From: Minutocellus sp. GHC0000111
Taxonomy: Eukaryota
Direction of reading: 5' to 3'
DNA length: 64,000 nt
Assembly (NCBI GenBank): GCA_977018835.1
Contig: OZ361257.1
Location: forward strand, 1,922,001-1,986,000
The translations under genes were made by a program, and so were the position numbers. A model generated the notes under the pieces. It searched no databases, was not told the DNA's origin, and saw only the letters and a list, made by a program, of their open reading frames with translations. Of this stretch, positions 11,302 to 23,559 are shown in pieces. The first letter of the stretch is position 1; each line of letters opens with the position of its first letter.

Positions 11302-12800
11302 GAGTGATTTCACGAGAGAGCAGACACCCCCTCCGCGATGTTTCGTAAACATTGTACCAACTTCCTTTTATTGATGATCCTTACTCAGAAGGGTATTGTA
11401 GACCATAATCAACAATAAAAGGAAGTTGGTACAATGATCTTGGTGCTCTTTTAGCACATGATATAGATACGGTATTAGAGTGTTTCTTTTGGTACACTAT
11501 TGTTTGAAAATTTATTTTTATGTAGTAGAATACACTTGTGCTGTTTCAAGAAAGAAAAAATACATCAAACTTTATAACGAAACAAAACCCATTTCGTTCA
11601 ACGAATGGGGCCACAACATGTGTCGCCGACGTGCCTCCCATTGAGAACAATCAAGACTACGGGGCACCATACCCTTGTAATAGCCTTTCACAACACTGTG
11701 GTGCAGCAGGAGACTTGCAATTACTTTTTTGAGCCTTGAAAAATTCGTTCGCGTTAGACCCGATTTTTTCGACAGTTTCCGACGTTCCATCACGACCATG
11801 TTCGCCCGATGTACAGCACCACCCCGGCCATCGCATACACTCTGACCACCTAGATGCCTTCCTGAATATTACTGGAAGGGATTTTTGGGCGATAGCGGTG
11901 CGTCGGTGCGTGCCTGTACCGCGAAATGTGGCCCAGCGCCATTACCACCCCCATTACACCACCCATCCGAAAGTTGGTCCGGATGCTTTTATGCGGTCCA
12001 TGCACCACTTCCGTTGCACTGAGCCGTCGACGCTTCACCCATATATATACCAAGCGCATTTGAGTGGGGGGTGGTGGCATTTCTTGACAATTCATAGAGA
12101 AAACTATTCCCAAAGTCCCGTGTCTGATGTCGGCACCAGATTTCACCTTCATTGCTTCTGCCGCCCGAGAGGAACGAAACCGGAGAAAGTGGCCAAACCA
12201 ACACGTGAGATCGATGGATGTAATATAGAATGAGCATCGTGCGTGCTGATATTGCGTGAAGGAACAGTGGTTGAGGCTTGAAGGGGGTTGTAGTTGGGGA
12301 TTTGCTACTTTCAGATGTTTTTGCTTTCCATGGTGACGGCCACAATGATACAAAGATGGGGCCCAATATCGACCCTCTGGCGCAAACTTGCTCCCAATAT
12401 TACCCAAGTGAAAGTAATGCCGGTCAGGGAGGATTGAAATGGATGTAGACAAGCATCAGCCATCATTCTTTGCCATTTTGAGGGTAAAAAAATATTGAAA
12501 ATTTCTGGGCATGAGGAGATGTTGCTAAAATAGCACATGATGTACGAATGAGTTTGCTTTCAAGTATGCAATACTCACCTAACGCATGTAGTTGGCGTAT
12601 ACATCGGTTGGCTTGGAGTTATTTATCGTTATACCATCATTTGGTGGCCTTCTTGTGGAGATGAATTCTCCTTGCTTTCGCCGTGTTGAGAGAGGCCATT
12701 TAGTGGGTTCATTTTTGCCCTGCATAAAGTATCGCACAAAAAAATTTCCTAGTGCCTTACTATTTACGGCGATTTTGTCGGCTGTCTCGTGGAATCACTC
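11302..12800. mobile_element. Non-autonomous DNA transposon, 1499 bp, 25-bp imperfect TIRs, 4-bp TSD TAGA (Sola-like termini)
   Basis: Left GAGTGATTTCACGAGAGAGCAGACA (11302-11326) vs reverse complement of 12776-12800 GAGTGATTCCACGAGACAGCCGACA, 22/25 identical. TAGA at 11298-11301 and 12801-12804. No transposase ORF inside. Confidence 0.75.
11350..11436. repeat. 29-bp inverted repeat (1 mismatch) with 29-nt loop
   Basis: CATTGTACCAACTTCCTTTTATTGATGAT (11350-11378) / ATCAACAATAAAAGGAAGTTGGTACAATG (11408-11436). Confidence 0.9.
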
Positions 12801-13652
12801 TAGAAGACTCGCCGACTCGACTTGACGACGACTCGGTGTTGACCCGTGCAATGTCTCCGTCGGGTCAATAAAAAAGGCGAATCGTTAGGCCGGGCCTGAG
12901 TACAGTCACATATGCCGCAGCAACCTTACGCACATGGATTGATTTACAGGATATGAGGGGCATGGTTCTGATCATGAAGCTTTCGAGATTGACTTTCCAT
13001 GACGATGCAACGCACTGGAAAAGCTGACACATCAGCCAGTCTACAATAGCCCCACCCTCGAAAGCCATTTTTAGTCGTAATCTATAATCACCAACAAATA
13101 AGCCCTCAGAAATAGTGCCGCATTGAGCAGTTTGCAAACCGAAGGCACAATTCCTGCATGGGCAGGGCGCCGACAAACGTCCAGTCCCCACTCAATCCTG
13201 GCATGAAACAACCATCTTTTGTGAAAAGACCGGTAGAATAGCCCTTGTTCCCTTCAATCACACCAATTCAATTGTCAATCCTCTCTGGAAATAAAGCGTC
13301 ACGTCGCGTGTCGTATCAAAAAAGGACCGCAATCAGTCACTCTGTGTGGCTCGGTCGTCTGTCCTCAACAAACTATCACCGCCGACGTCGGCGAACACGA
13401 ACGATCGACTTCATTTTATTTGCGTGCACATCTCGACGATCCGATTCGAAAACCCATTGCCGGAAGCAAAAAGCGTTCTGGGTTCGTTGAGTTCGTAAGT
13501 ACTAGTAGTAGAAGAAGACAAGGCCAGGGCCTATTTGCCACATCATCGTTGAAACGAACAACGAGGAACGCATACATACAAACGCAACGCGAAGCCTCTC
13601 GTCTTGGCATAGCACATAAAGGGAACAACCCTGGACTAGCGCCAAAACAAGC

Positions 13653-16151
13653 ATGAGCGACCGCGATCCGAACCGTAACTTGAACCTGCATGCCATATTG
13701 GCCAAGGTCGACGAGGCCGGCACGTCGAATACTCGTGACCAGCAGCAACAGCAGGGCGAAGAGAAGGCCGATGCCGACGATCAGCACATGGCGCAGGCAG
13801 CTCGGCTGACCAGCCTCGATCAGCAGCTACCGAATTCTTCCTCTGGCCGGATGTTCGACGAACACGACGAACACGATCTCGATGAGGATGAAATCGTCGG
13901 GGACGACGGGGAGCAAATGGCTTCCATGCCTCCCAGCTCACTCTTTGCCTATGCGTCGGGATCTCTGAATCCAACTTTCAGTGGAAACAATAGGCCAGCG
14001 GTCGCGATGAACTCGTCGTCATCCTCGCTCGATTATGCACCGACACCATCAGCACAAGCGCAGCATGAAAGTCAGCGTTCGCTACCACCCAATTCCCAGC
14101 AGAGGGCGGCCGCGGGAAGTGCCCGATCTCTCTTTGGCGATGCCTCCATCTCCCTCAATTCCATATTGGATTCTCTTCCGATTCCAGGAGTTGGCCGTGC
14201 GGGCGGTCGGCGTGGATCGAGTGATGATATCGGTGGTTTAGATGAGGTCCAAGGCCAAGCAGAGACAGGAGCAGCCGGAACCGCCGATGCCAATATATCG
14301 GGGCGAAGTCACCCGGCCTCAGTGACCAATTCCAACTCGGCTTCAGCCTCGGCAACCGGGGATCACGCCCACGCCGACGACGATGTCTCCAACATATCCA
14401 TCCCCTCGGCCATCCTCAACGCCAAGTCTACCAACGACGTCAAGATTGCCACCTACCGGTCCAAAATCAACGACCTCATGGCCTCGCACGAGGCCGAAAG
14501 TCGGGAACTCCGTCAAACCATTGATGACCTCGAGCGCGACAACGCCAACCTCACCGAACGGATCGATGTCCTCCTCGAAGACATTGACGACAAGCACGCC
14601 ATATCGGAATATGCGCAGTACATCATGGCTTCCCGAGCCAACGCCAGCTCCAGCAGTTCCGTCGTCGCTGCACCCGAGTCGGCCTACGTCCTCCGACTTC
14701 CGTCGCAACTGTGCAAGGCCATGCACAAGATGGGAGTTTTGAGCAATCAGATTGATCTGCTCCAACAGCAGTCCGACGATGCCATCGCCGACCTACTGGA
14801 TCAGATGATGGTCCAGGCCAACGATCATGCCGAGATGGAGCGCCAGTGCCTCAACGACCTCGTCGACATGGAACGGGACATGATGAAGATGCGCCAGCGG
14901 TTCGAGGAGGAGCTGACCAAGCGCAAGGAGGAGAGCCGAACCAAGATACACAAGCTCAAGGACGACGCCCGGCGTTGGCGGGACGTCGCCGAGGACTTGA
15001 GGAGGGACAACCAGGCTCTGAAGAAGGCCAACGCCAAGGCCTCGGCTGCTACCGCCGCCGCTGCCAAGAAGAGCCTTGAGGAGAAGGACGATGCCACCAC
15101 CGACTCGGTCGTTTCCAACAAGATGCTACTCGATATGCAGATGGAGATCATCCGCCTGAAGAAGGCCCACGTCGCCGAGATCAAAATGCTCCGCGAACAG
15201 GCTTCCGTCAAATATGCTGGCGATGGAAGCGTCGTCAGTGCAGGAGCCGTCGCTGCCGTCCCTACCGAATACCACGATCGACGCGGATCTCTCGACTCCG
15301 TCGCCACGGCAATGTCGGCAGCCACCGCTCAGGTGAGCAATGTCAGCGCCAAGGACTACTACCACTCCCGGGGACGACCTGTTCCATCGTCCGTCGCGAC
15401 TGGCAGTGCGAAGTCCTTGTCGCCGTCGATACCTCCCATCGATGAGGATGTTGAGTCCCAAGACAGAAGTCAAGAGGTTGTAGAACTCCAAAACAGGCTG
15501 ATGGAACTGGCCGAGCATGAAGCTCCTCCCCCGATGCCTACCCTTGTCGAGGCCAAGAAGAAGAGAAGTACAAGGAAAATGATGACGTCTGCCCTCACAA
15601 GTGGCACGGCCACTACCTCGTCCGCAGCTGCTATAGCAACCAAAAGCCGACTGAAATATGGCGGAGGAAGGCAGGCATCATCAGCATCCATCGCCTCCAA
15701 AGTGGGACGACGGCGAAAAGAGCCGTCAAGGGAGATCAGAAGCGCGACAGACGAAATATCGGAAGCTGCCACTTCCACCACGTCCTCCAAGAGCCGGCAT
15801 AGTGGTGCTAGAAAGCTTGATGGTCCCAGAGCTAATGCCCAAATGTCCAGAGCGCAGAAGCCCACGGCCCGTCCTCGCTCCGCATCTCCCATCGCCCATG
15901 CTCCTTCAGAATCCAATATCCACGACTTTCACCATTCTGATCCTTCTCTTATTTATGTCCCAACGGAGAAAAACACGAGAGATGAAGTGCCGAATGAGAA
16001 ACCCAACACTGTCAAGATGCCGCACAACAATACCGACAACGAGTCAAAGCCTTCTGCCAAGAAACTCAATAGTGGATCGCCAGGAGATAGTCCAACTGTA
16101 CCACTCGTTACTCTTCCCGAGAGAAGATCTTCCATCGGTCGAGTGGCATAA
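13653..16151 (+). CDS. Large coiled-coil / intrinsically disordered protein of unknown function
   Basis: 832-aa open frame with coding-like codon usage; heptad-rich central region; S/A-rich termini. Confidence 0.75.
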   Translation: MSDRDPNRNLNLHAILAKVDEAGTSNTRDQQQQQGEEKADADDQHMAQAARLTSLDQQLPNSSSGRMFDEHDEHDLDEDEIVGDDGEQMASMPPSSLFAYASGSLNPTFSGNNRPAVAMNSSSSSLDYAPTPSAQAQHESQRSLPPNSQQRAAAGSARSLFGDASISLNSILDSLPIPGVGRAGGRRGSSDDIGGLDEVQGQAETGAAGTADANISGRSHPASVTNSNSASASATGDHAHADDDVSNISIPSAILNAKSTNDVKIATYRSKINDLMASHEAESRELRQTIDDLERDNANLTERIDVLLEDIDDKHAISEYAQYIMASRANASSSSSVVAAPESAYVLRLPSQLCKAMHKMGVLSNQIDLLQQQSDDAIADLLDQMMVQANDHAEMERQCLNDLVDMERDMMKMRQRFEEELTKRKEESRTKIHKLKDDARRWRDVAEDLRRDNQALKKANAKASAATAAAAKKSLEEKDDATTDSVVSNKMLLDMQMEIIRLKKAHVAEIKMLREQASVKYAGDGSVVSAGAVAAVPTEYHDRRGSLDSVATAMSAATAQVSNVSAKDYYHSRGRPVPSSVATGSAKSLSPSIPPIDEDVESQDRSQEVVELQNRLMELAEHEAPPPMPTLVEAKKKRSTRKMMTSALTSGTATTSSAAAIATKSRLKYGGGRQASSASIASKVGRRRKEPSREIRSATDEISEAATSTTSSKSRHSGARKLDGPRANAQMSRAQKPTARPRSASPIAHAPSESNIHDFHHSDPSLIYVPTEKNTRDEVPNEKPNTVKMPHNNTDNESKPSAKKLNSGSPGDSPTVPLVTLPERRSSIGRVA

Positions 16152-16248
16152 TTCCATAGAAATAAAAAAATTAGGTATTAGACGTGAACTTTCTTAATAT
16201 GCTGTCCTACTTATCGAAATCAATGTGACCATGCAGATATGTGGATAA

Positions 16249-18424
16249 TTATGCGTAAAATTGAGGGCGCTGACCCTTGCCAAGAACGCCTCGGAAAAGC
16301 GTTAGACGCTTTTCTTCGTGGTTAGCATATCTTCCTAAGATGTCGCGGGCACGAAGAAGAGCAGGCTCTATATTCTCTGGAGTATAGTCTCCTTGGTTAA
16401 TTGGAGGCATCGCGGTGAGAATCATTTGTTTGATCAATATCGAGTGAACATGAGGAGCGTAGCCGTTGTCTTGCAAGTAGTCACCGATCCACTGGCCGAG
16501 TTCCGTGGTCCTCTCTGCCATTACGTCCGGATCTCCCTTCATGGCCGTATTGAGAAGATCACAGATTTCTTGCTTATCCACGGAACTATTAGGGTCTGAA
16601 AGTTCTGCTAAGGAACGATCTTGGATATCTCTCTTGAACTCATAATGAGCACGAGCAGAAGCCAAAAGCTGGTCGAGCTTGTCCTTCTCTTCCTCATATG
16701 AATTGACCTTCGGAACGATATAGTGTTTACCTTCCTTGGCTCTGTTGCGATTGATGGCAAACAGAACGCCGGGCTCAACGTAAGAGCCAGCCAGAGCTCT
16801 CTCGACCATATCCTCATCTTCTCCCGGTAAAGGACGGAGTTCAGACGGAACCTTTTTGGGTGGTGGGCCCATTTCGGGACGCCACATGAGGGGTGCATTG
16901 ATTGCGCCGGCGAGAAAACTCACGCCGATACCAGTCCAAATTGAGATGTTTGTAGTGGTGGCGTCGGCGAGAATTCAAAAATGCCAAGGCGCCAAGGCCA
17001 TGCCGAAGTTCATGGCAGAGTTGTTCAAGCCTTGTACAAATCCAAGTTTGTCCTCTGGCGCGCATAACCAGCGATGAACAACAAGGCCATCGTGAGCAAT
17101 CCAGTAAAAACGTTGCCAAAGACCTAAGAAATTTAATAGACAACAAAAAAAAAGACAAAGAGAGAGAGAGAGAGAGAGAGATGCATATGAGATATTTGAT
17201 TAAAAAATCATTCATTCAAGTACGCTGCATGCAACGCGGTGCCAGGAAATATCTCTAGAATGCAGCTTCTTGGTTACTTACACAGCATCCTGAAGGCCCA
17301 ATGCGAGCAAACACATGAGGTGTGATTAGGGTACTGGGAATAACGAGCAAGGCAACGCATACGGAGAGCCACTGATACCCGGTCACGCTCATGATCGGCT
17401 CTTGTCCTGCATCGATGAAATTTAGAGTGTACTGCTCGAGCGCCAGTGGGCTAAGGCACATCGGAAACAGAGCGGTAGACCCAAAATTATCCGCAAGAGC
17501 TCCGCCAATCACGTTCCACATGGCACACTGATCAATCTTTTCAGGCCGTTGCATGTTGTTAAACTCATCGTCGTCGTCGTCCTTGAGGCTAGCAGGATCC
17601 TCGGCGATTCGTTCGTCACCCGGCTCAATGAGAAAACGAGCAATCAAAATGGCCGATAACAAACAAAGGCCAGCGCCTACCCACAACGGGGCAAACAGGC
17701 CTGATCCATTCATTAAAATAGCAATCATTCCTCCGCCAGCATTGCCGGTGACAAACATACCGACCAGCATGCCCAGCTGCTTCTCTTTGTCAACTTTCTT
17801 GGAAAAGATACCCCCCAAGTAGGCCATGCCGACTGGAAGGTTGCCAAGAAAGAAACCAAAGATGAAGTTGGTAATGCAAAAGGGCCAGAACTCGTTCCGA
17901 GTGTAGTACTTGACGATGTTGCCTGCGAAGGAAATGACGGACATCCAAAGGAATGGCTGCTTTCGTCCAACCCTGTCGCTGAGCTTGCCCACCAGGGTGC
18001 TGGATATGGCCACACCCAGCAGACTGCACATGGGGATGAAGTACGTGGCGCTGTTGAAACCGAATGGTTCGGTCGAGGGGAAGGAATCGGGATGCTCACC
18101 GCTGCACATAATCGCATAATTTGGGTTTAGCATCTTAGTGCTGATAGCCGACGTTAGAATGGCAAACTGCAGCGTCCAGATGCTGTGCTTGCGGTAGTTG
18201 CCGTCGGTAATCAGCTTGTACTTGCGGGGTAGAATAATTCGCTTGGTTTCGTCGCGATTGAATAGCCACTCGCCCCATGATTTGCCATCGCCGGTAGCAG
18301 TTTCACCGGCGGCGGCGGCGGTTGAAGATGAGATTGGCATGGGCTTCATGTCGGAGGAGGAGGCGGCAGCCGCCTCCTCGTCGACAAACTTCTCCACCGG
18401 TACAGCTTCTTCAGTTGAGCTCAT
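16249..18424 (-). pseudogene. MFS transporter, apparently disrupted (internal deletion/frameshift plus premature TGA)
   Basis: MFS motif GKLSDRVGRK. Intron 17124-17281 (GTAAGT..TAG). Exon 2 reads VFGNVFTGLLTMALLFIAGYA, then shifts frame at ~17060 into APEDKLGFVQGLNNSAMNFGMALAPWHF*ILADA (TGA at 16975-16977), continuing into the 224-aa ORF. Confidence 0.7.
17159..17181 (+). repeat. (AG)n microsatellite inside the MFS intron
   Basis: About 11 AG units read directly. Confidence 0.9.
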
Positions 18425-19107
18425 CTCCTTCTTTGTTTACCAATCAATTATTAGTGGATCCTTTACACCAGTGATTATCGATAGTTGATATCGTCGGAGA
18501 AATGCGACAATACAAGGATGCATGGCCTCCATGGCCCGGCTCAACGTCGGCCGGCGGGCTTTTCAATTCCAGCATGACATGTGCTATGCTGGCGGCGGCT
18601 GATAGTCAAATTGTTTGCAAAACTTTTATTGATAAGAGGTTATTTCGATAGTGTTTTCCACTTTAAAAGAAGGTGACTTATAGAAAGTGAAAGGCGCAAT
18701 TCTAATTACCGCTTTTTTCATTTTTGAATGACGTGTTTTGCAGCCGCTGACACGGGATGCCACGAGCAGCGATGCAGCGAGGCGCCAGCCAGTCCGGCAC
18801 CGCTCCCTCTCGCATTGCTCTGGCCTGCCCCACCAGCCACCTCCCGCTCAAAACAGGCGCGTATCCGCAAAGAGCATACAGGAGTGACTGCACTTTACTT
18901 CATTTGTACCTCCCGTTCAATTATATTCTTCTTCGTTCGGCAAACTCTTAAAAGAAATAGCAGCCAGAGACCCATCCCGTTCTCACTCTCGCCAACAACG
19001 TGCCTCATTCTCGGGCCGTTCAAACAGCCTCCTCCAATTGTTTGAGTTGCAATTCAAGCAGTCGCCCTGCGAGATCTATCTTCGTATCAAAAAATCGCAT
19101 CGCTAGC

Positions 19108-21685
19108 ATGGCATCCCAATACATGCTTGGACTCGCTCGGTCGCGCGTCAAAGCCACGGCGGCAGCTGCCGTGGCGTCTACTTTTGCCGCCTCGAGTTTG
19201 TGGCTGTCGACCAATAATAATGATAATGAGGAGGAGAAGCAGGATGAACGGCATCCGGTCTATTCGGCAATGCGACATCATCAAATTCTATCCTCGTCAG
19301 CTTGCATGTGCGAGTCATCCTCCCCATCCTCATCTTCCAAACCAGTGGCCAAATCAGCCACCAAGATGGCCGCCCTGCAGCGGTCCAAGACCCTCCGGCA
19401 GCTCGATCTGGCCACCACCAAATCCCGCACGCTGGCCTCGGCCTACGCCATCGACCCCTCCTCCCCGCCCCTCGGCGAAGGTGCCTTCGGCGCCGTCCAT
19501 CTGGCCACCAACCGCTCCACCGGAGAGCACGTCGCCATCAAGCGCATCCCGAAGAGCATGACCGATCTGGAAAGCTTCCAGCGCGAGGTCAATGCCTTGC
19601 TGAGAATCAAACGACTTGGGGGACATCCTCACATATGCTCCATGCAGGAATCCTTCGATGAGGGTTCCGATTACTTTTTGATACTGGATTATGTCGGTGG
19701 TGGGGAAATGTTCGACCATCTCATCAAGAATGGGGCCTTCTCCGAGGCCGATACCAGCCGACTTTTGAGGGAGTGTGCCTCGGCCCTGGCCTTCTTGCAT
19801 GGCATTGGCATCACCCATGCCGACCTGAAACCTGAAAATTTGATGCTGAGCACGGAACAAAGTTCGGATGCCGTGGTGAAATTGGTGGACTTTGGATGTG
19901 CCGACTTGGCCGAGGGCAGTGACGAGGATCCACTCGGCGGCAGCAACTCCATGATTGCCTTTGGCGGTGGCTCGAGCAAAGGTGGGCTGACCTCGGCGTA
20001 CCGTCCGCCGGAATCGCAGGTCAAGGGTGCCAAGGTCAACCCGGGCGTCGATATGTGGGCAATTGGCGTGATTTTGTACATTATGCTATGCGGTGTCCAC
20101 CCGTTCGACTTGTCGGGCGATGCACCCGATAACGTGGTGGAGCGACGCATCCGCAAGGGTGACTTTCCCCTGCACAACTCGAGGATAACCGCCCATCTCA
20201 GTGACAGTGCCATCGATCTCATCTCCAAGTTGATGGAACGCAATCCCAAGAAGCGTCTGACTGCGGCAGGAATGCTCGAGCACCCCTGGGTACGCGGTAT
20301 TACCGCTTCGACGGACATTATTACCGGTTCTGATCAGCGATTGTCCAAATTCCGCAAGTTCAAAACGCAGCTTCAACAGAAATTCTTTGAGGATGTTGTG
20401 AATTGGTCGGACGATACGGAAGATGAGATGAGACGAAAGACCAGTCTGATTGAGCGAAGCTTTCGGTCGCTGGATGAAGAACAGAAGGGCTTTATCAGTC
20501 CCAGTGACATTGGCCTCGAAGGCGGCGAAGACGATAAGGATGACAACGTCGATGAGGGCGGGGGTGGCGGGGGGCTCTCGATGAGTGATTTCTACAATTT
20601 ACTGAGTGAAAATATGGTCCACAAGCACTTTGGCAAACGTGAAGTGATATATAAGGAGGGCGATGTCGGTAACGAAATGTATTTTATCGTCAGTGGAAGC
20701 ATTGAGGTTACGACCAAGAGTGGATCCCGTGCCACGAGGACGGCGGGTGATTTCTTTGGTGAAGGCGCATTGTTACATCCAAGGAGGATCCGATCGGCCA
20801 CAATTACCTGTAAGACCCCCGTCCATGCCATGTGTATTTCGCGCGAGTACTTTGAGAAGTATTTGGCTACGTCCGAGTCTGGTCTCTCGCTTACAATCAA
20901 GGAGAAGGATAAAATCCGCAAGCGAAATAGAGCCAAGACCATCCTAAAATTGCAGAAGAACCTCGAGGACTGCGATTATCAGGAAGGCGAGGCCCTCTTC
21001 AGCGCTGGTGAGGAGGGCGATGCGTTGTATATTGTGGATTCGGGCGAGGTAGATGTCCAAGTCCGGGGCAAGCATGTCTTTACGGCCACTCCGGGCAATC
21101 TCTGTGGCGAGCATAGCGTCCTAACTGGACAAAAACGGAATTCTACTGCCATTTGTGCGTCTCCAGAAGGGTGCCGAGCGGAAAAGATGAGCGGCAAGGA
21201 TTTCCGAACACTGATGGATTCAAGCCCCGGTATGGAGGACAGTCTCAGAGAGTTATCGATCCGTCGAGACTTCAAGAAGGCTGTAGTGCATCGCCTCCGC
21301 AAAGAGTTTCCATACGATAAACCCAAAGCTGCGTTTGATGCCGTCAAGGGCGGCAGTATGCGTCGACAGCTCACACGAAAGTTCAAGGAGAGGGGCGATC
21401 CAGATGTGTTGAGCTTGGAGGATGTCTCTCATTTGTGAGTGTGCCCGTGTGATTTATTGACTTTGTTTTGCTTGCATTGGATTGAAGCTAATCTTACCAT
21501 CTTGCCAATTGTCCATTGTCCTCCTTGCTCTTGCTTGTAGAATGCGCGATATGGACAAAGATTATACCGACGAAGAAATTCAAGAGGTGATGGATGTTGT
21601 CGATCTAACGGGTTCTGGAGACATTTGCTTTGAGGAGTTCTGCAAGGTATTCATCGCAAACATAAAGACAAGCGCGTCGATATAA
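19108..21685 (+). CDS. CAMK/CDPK-like Ser/Thr kinase with EF-hand(s) and two cyclic-nucleotide-binding domains; 2 exons (19108-21434, 21541-21685)
   Basis: LGEGAFGAV, VAIK, HADLKPEN, DFG, DMWAIG. EF-like DEEQKGFISPSD. cNMP domains (EGDVGNEMYFI..G..FGEGALL..RSATI; GEEGDALYIV..G..GEHSVL..RNSTA). Intron 21435-21540 adds EF-hand DLTGSGDICFEE. Confidence 0.88.
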
Positions 21686-21871
21686 GTAGGATTTTTGGTG
21701 AAGGGCCTTTACACATACAATCAAAATTCAACCGAGACCTGAATTCGTTCTGCATCGAAACAACTCCACATTTTTATTCCACGCTAGCTAGACTACTTAA
21801 AACCGCATTTCGGACTATCTACTCTTCATAAACGACCTCTGCGCTAGTCAATAAAGTGATGCCAGAAAGCA

Positions 21872-23335
21872 ATGCTTGCCGATCCCCGAGATAATATCAA
21901 ACCCAGCGATGAAGCACCGGCCCTGCCTCTACTTGTGATGGCATCCTCCCTTCTGGACCTCGCCCTCCGACCTACTACATCCCCCATTGATGTCACATCG
22001 ATATACATTGTAGAAGAAGCATTGGCTACTTTTCTCGCCGTGAGTCTTGAAGACCAATTCATGGGGAAAGAAGGTTCGGCGCGATTAGAAGAGATTGATG
22101 TAATAGTCAAGGCCCTGCGATACGATGGACTTCTCAGAGGCCGAAGGCTCACGGAAGATGGCTTTTCTGATATCCCATCCACCATTTTGACCACAACCGT
22201 CAGAGCGGAACTTCGAGGCATACCGGGTAACATTTCTCAAAAGCCTGGCTACTTTGACAGCCTCATTTTCGGCGCATTCCTAAACGCAAGCGACGGTGGA
22301 AAGTTAGAGGATCTCCTAGCAGCAAGCTCCCATCCTATACTCAGCTCTGTTACAGATGCCGAGATATTTCTTACCTCCTTTGCCGCGTTTGCTACGGATC
22401 AAGCGAGTTTCGCTCCAAGCTTGCCAGGTACAGGTGCCGCCGTCATCGATGAAAATGGCATTACCCCTGGAATTATTTACTCCGGTGCAGAAAACGACCC
22501 GCCTTCTTCTCCTTCCTTTGATAAAAATGATCCGATGGATCTGGCCTTTGTTTGTATGAGTGGCCTTATCTTCTTCGCGATGATTATTCTTATTTACCTT
22601 CATAGAGTGAAGGACAAGGGGGCCTCTCATGAAGAAAGGATCCGCCATTTTTTCCCAGGGACCGATCGTTCCCGAGCCACTGCAGATGCAGTCTATAATG
22701 ACTCCAGTTCTGGTGAAGATCCCCTCAACAGGGCCAGTTTTGCCTCAGATGGGGTCGGCATGCTCGAGGGACGAACGGTCCAACCCATCCTACCCTCCAC
22801 AGGACCACTTCCAACTTTGGCCAAATACCAATACCCCGTCCCCAAGCTCCGCGCTCGTCCCCAGACCAAGGCAAATAGATATACCAACCACGCTTCCATT
22901 GGTCTCAATCCAATTCCGGAGGATCATGCATTTGCTTCTCCAGCCTACTTCGACCCGGAAAATCTTCGTCGATCTGATAGCAGCCAAAGCGCAGATCTCT
23001 TTGGAATGGATGTTGCTTCTGGGCTGAATGAAGATGCCGGCTCATTGCCATCCGAAGACATCGATTATCCCAGAGATGACTGTGGCAATGATGCCAAAAA
23101 CAGCTTTTCGCGTTGGAACCAATGGTTAGAGCAGGTCATGGTTGTCAACGGCGGAATCAGAAGAAAAACTCGAGAAGGTGGTACCAGTACTAGTATCGGC
23201 GACGATGCAGAGGAATACATGTATGATGCCGACTTGGAGGATATCAATATTGGAAACATATCAAACAGCCACAGCTCCGACAGTGGCAACGATGATGGTG
23301 GTGTTAGCCAGCTATCTACTGGCTATTCCTGCTAA
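21872..23335 (+). CDS. Single-pass membrane protein of unknown function
   Basis: 487-aa ORF with one TM segment (LAFVCMSGLIFFAMIILIYL) followed by basic residues and an acidic disordered tail; start uncertain. Confidence 0.6.
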   Translation: MLADPRDNIKPSDEAPALPLLVMASSLLDLALRPTTSPIDVTSIYIVEEALATFLAVSLEDQFMGKEGSARLEEIDVIVKALRYDGLLRGRRLTEDGFSDIPSTILTTTVRAELRGIPGNISQKPGYFDSLIFGAFLNASDGGKLEDLLAASSHPILSSVTDAEIFLTSFAAFATDQASFAPSLPGTGAAVIDENGITPGIIYSGAENDPPSSPSFDKNDPMDLAFVCMSGLIFFAMIILIYLHRVKDKGASHEERIRHFFPGTDRSRATADAVYNDSSSGEDPLNRASFASDGVGMLEGRTVQPILPSTGPLPTLAKYQYPVPKLRARPQTKANRYTNHASIGLNPIPEDHAFASPAYFDPENLRRSDSSQSADLFGMDVASGLNEDAGSLPSEDIDYPRDDCGNDAKNSFSRWNQWLEQVMVVNGGIRRKTREGGTSTSIGDDAEEYMYDADLEDINIGNISNSHSSDSGNDDGGVSQLSTGYSC

Positions 23336-23559
23336 TCGACGATGATTGCATGTACCTCGCGCACAGAAGGGTAGGTCCGTCACAATTTGCTTAGCAGGCT
23401 ACGGCCGGTCTATGTATCCAGACTCAGATAATAGCCGCACAGCAAATTAGATTAGAAATCGATTAGAAAAGAATTAGAGACACAATCAGCAAGATGAAAT
23501 TAATTGTTCTCCTACATCTCATCACGCCGTCTTTCTGTTCGGAAACATGACACATGCCT

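Noticed and set aside
11736..12452. 165-200 aa ORFs inside the TIR element as a transposase or Fanzor/TnpB
   Set aside because: No DDE/DDD, RuvC or zinc-finger motifs visible; composition looks like translated non-coding DNA.
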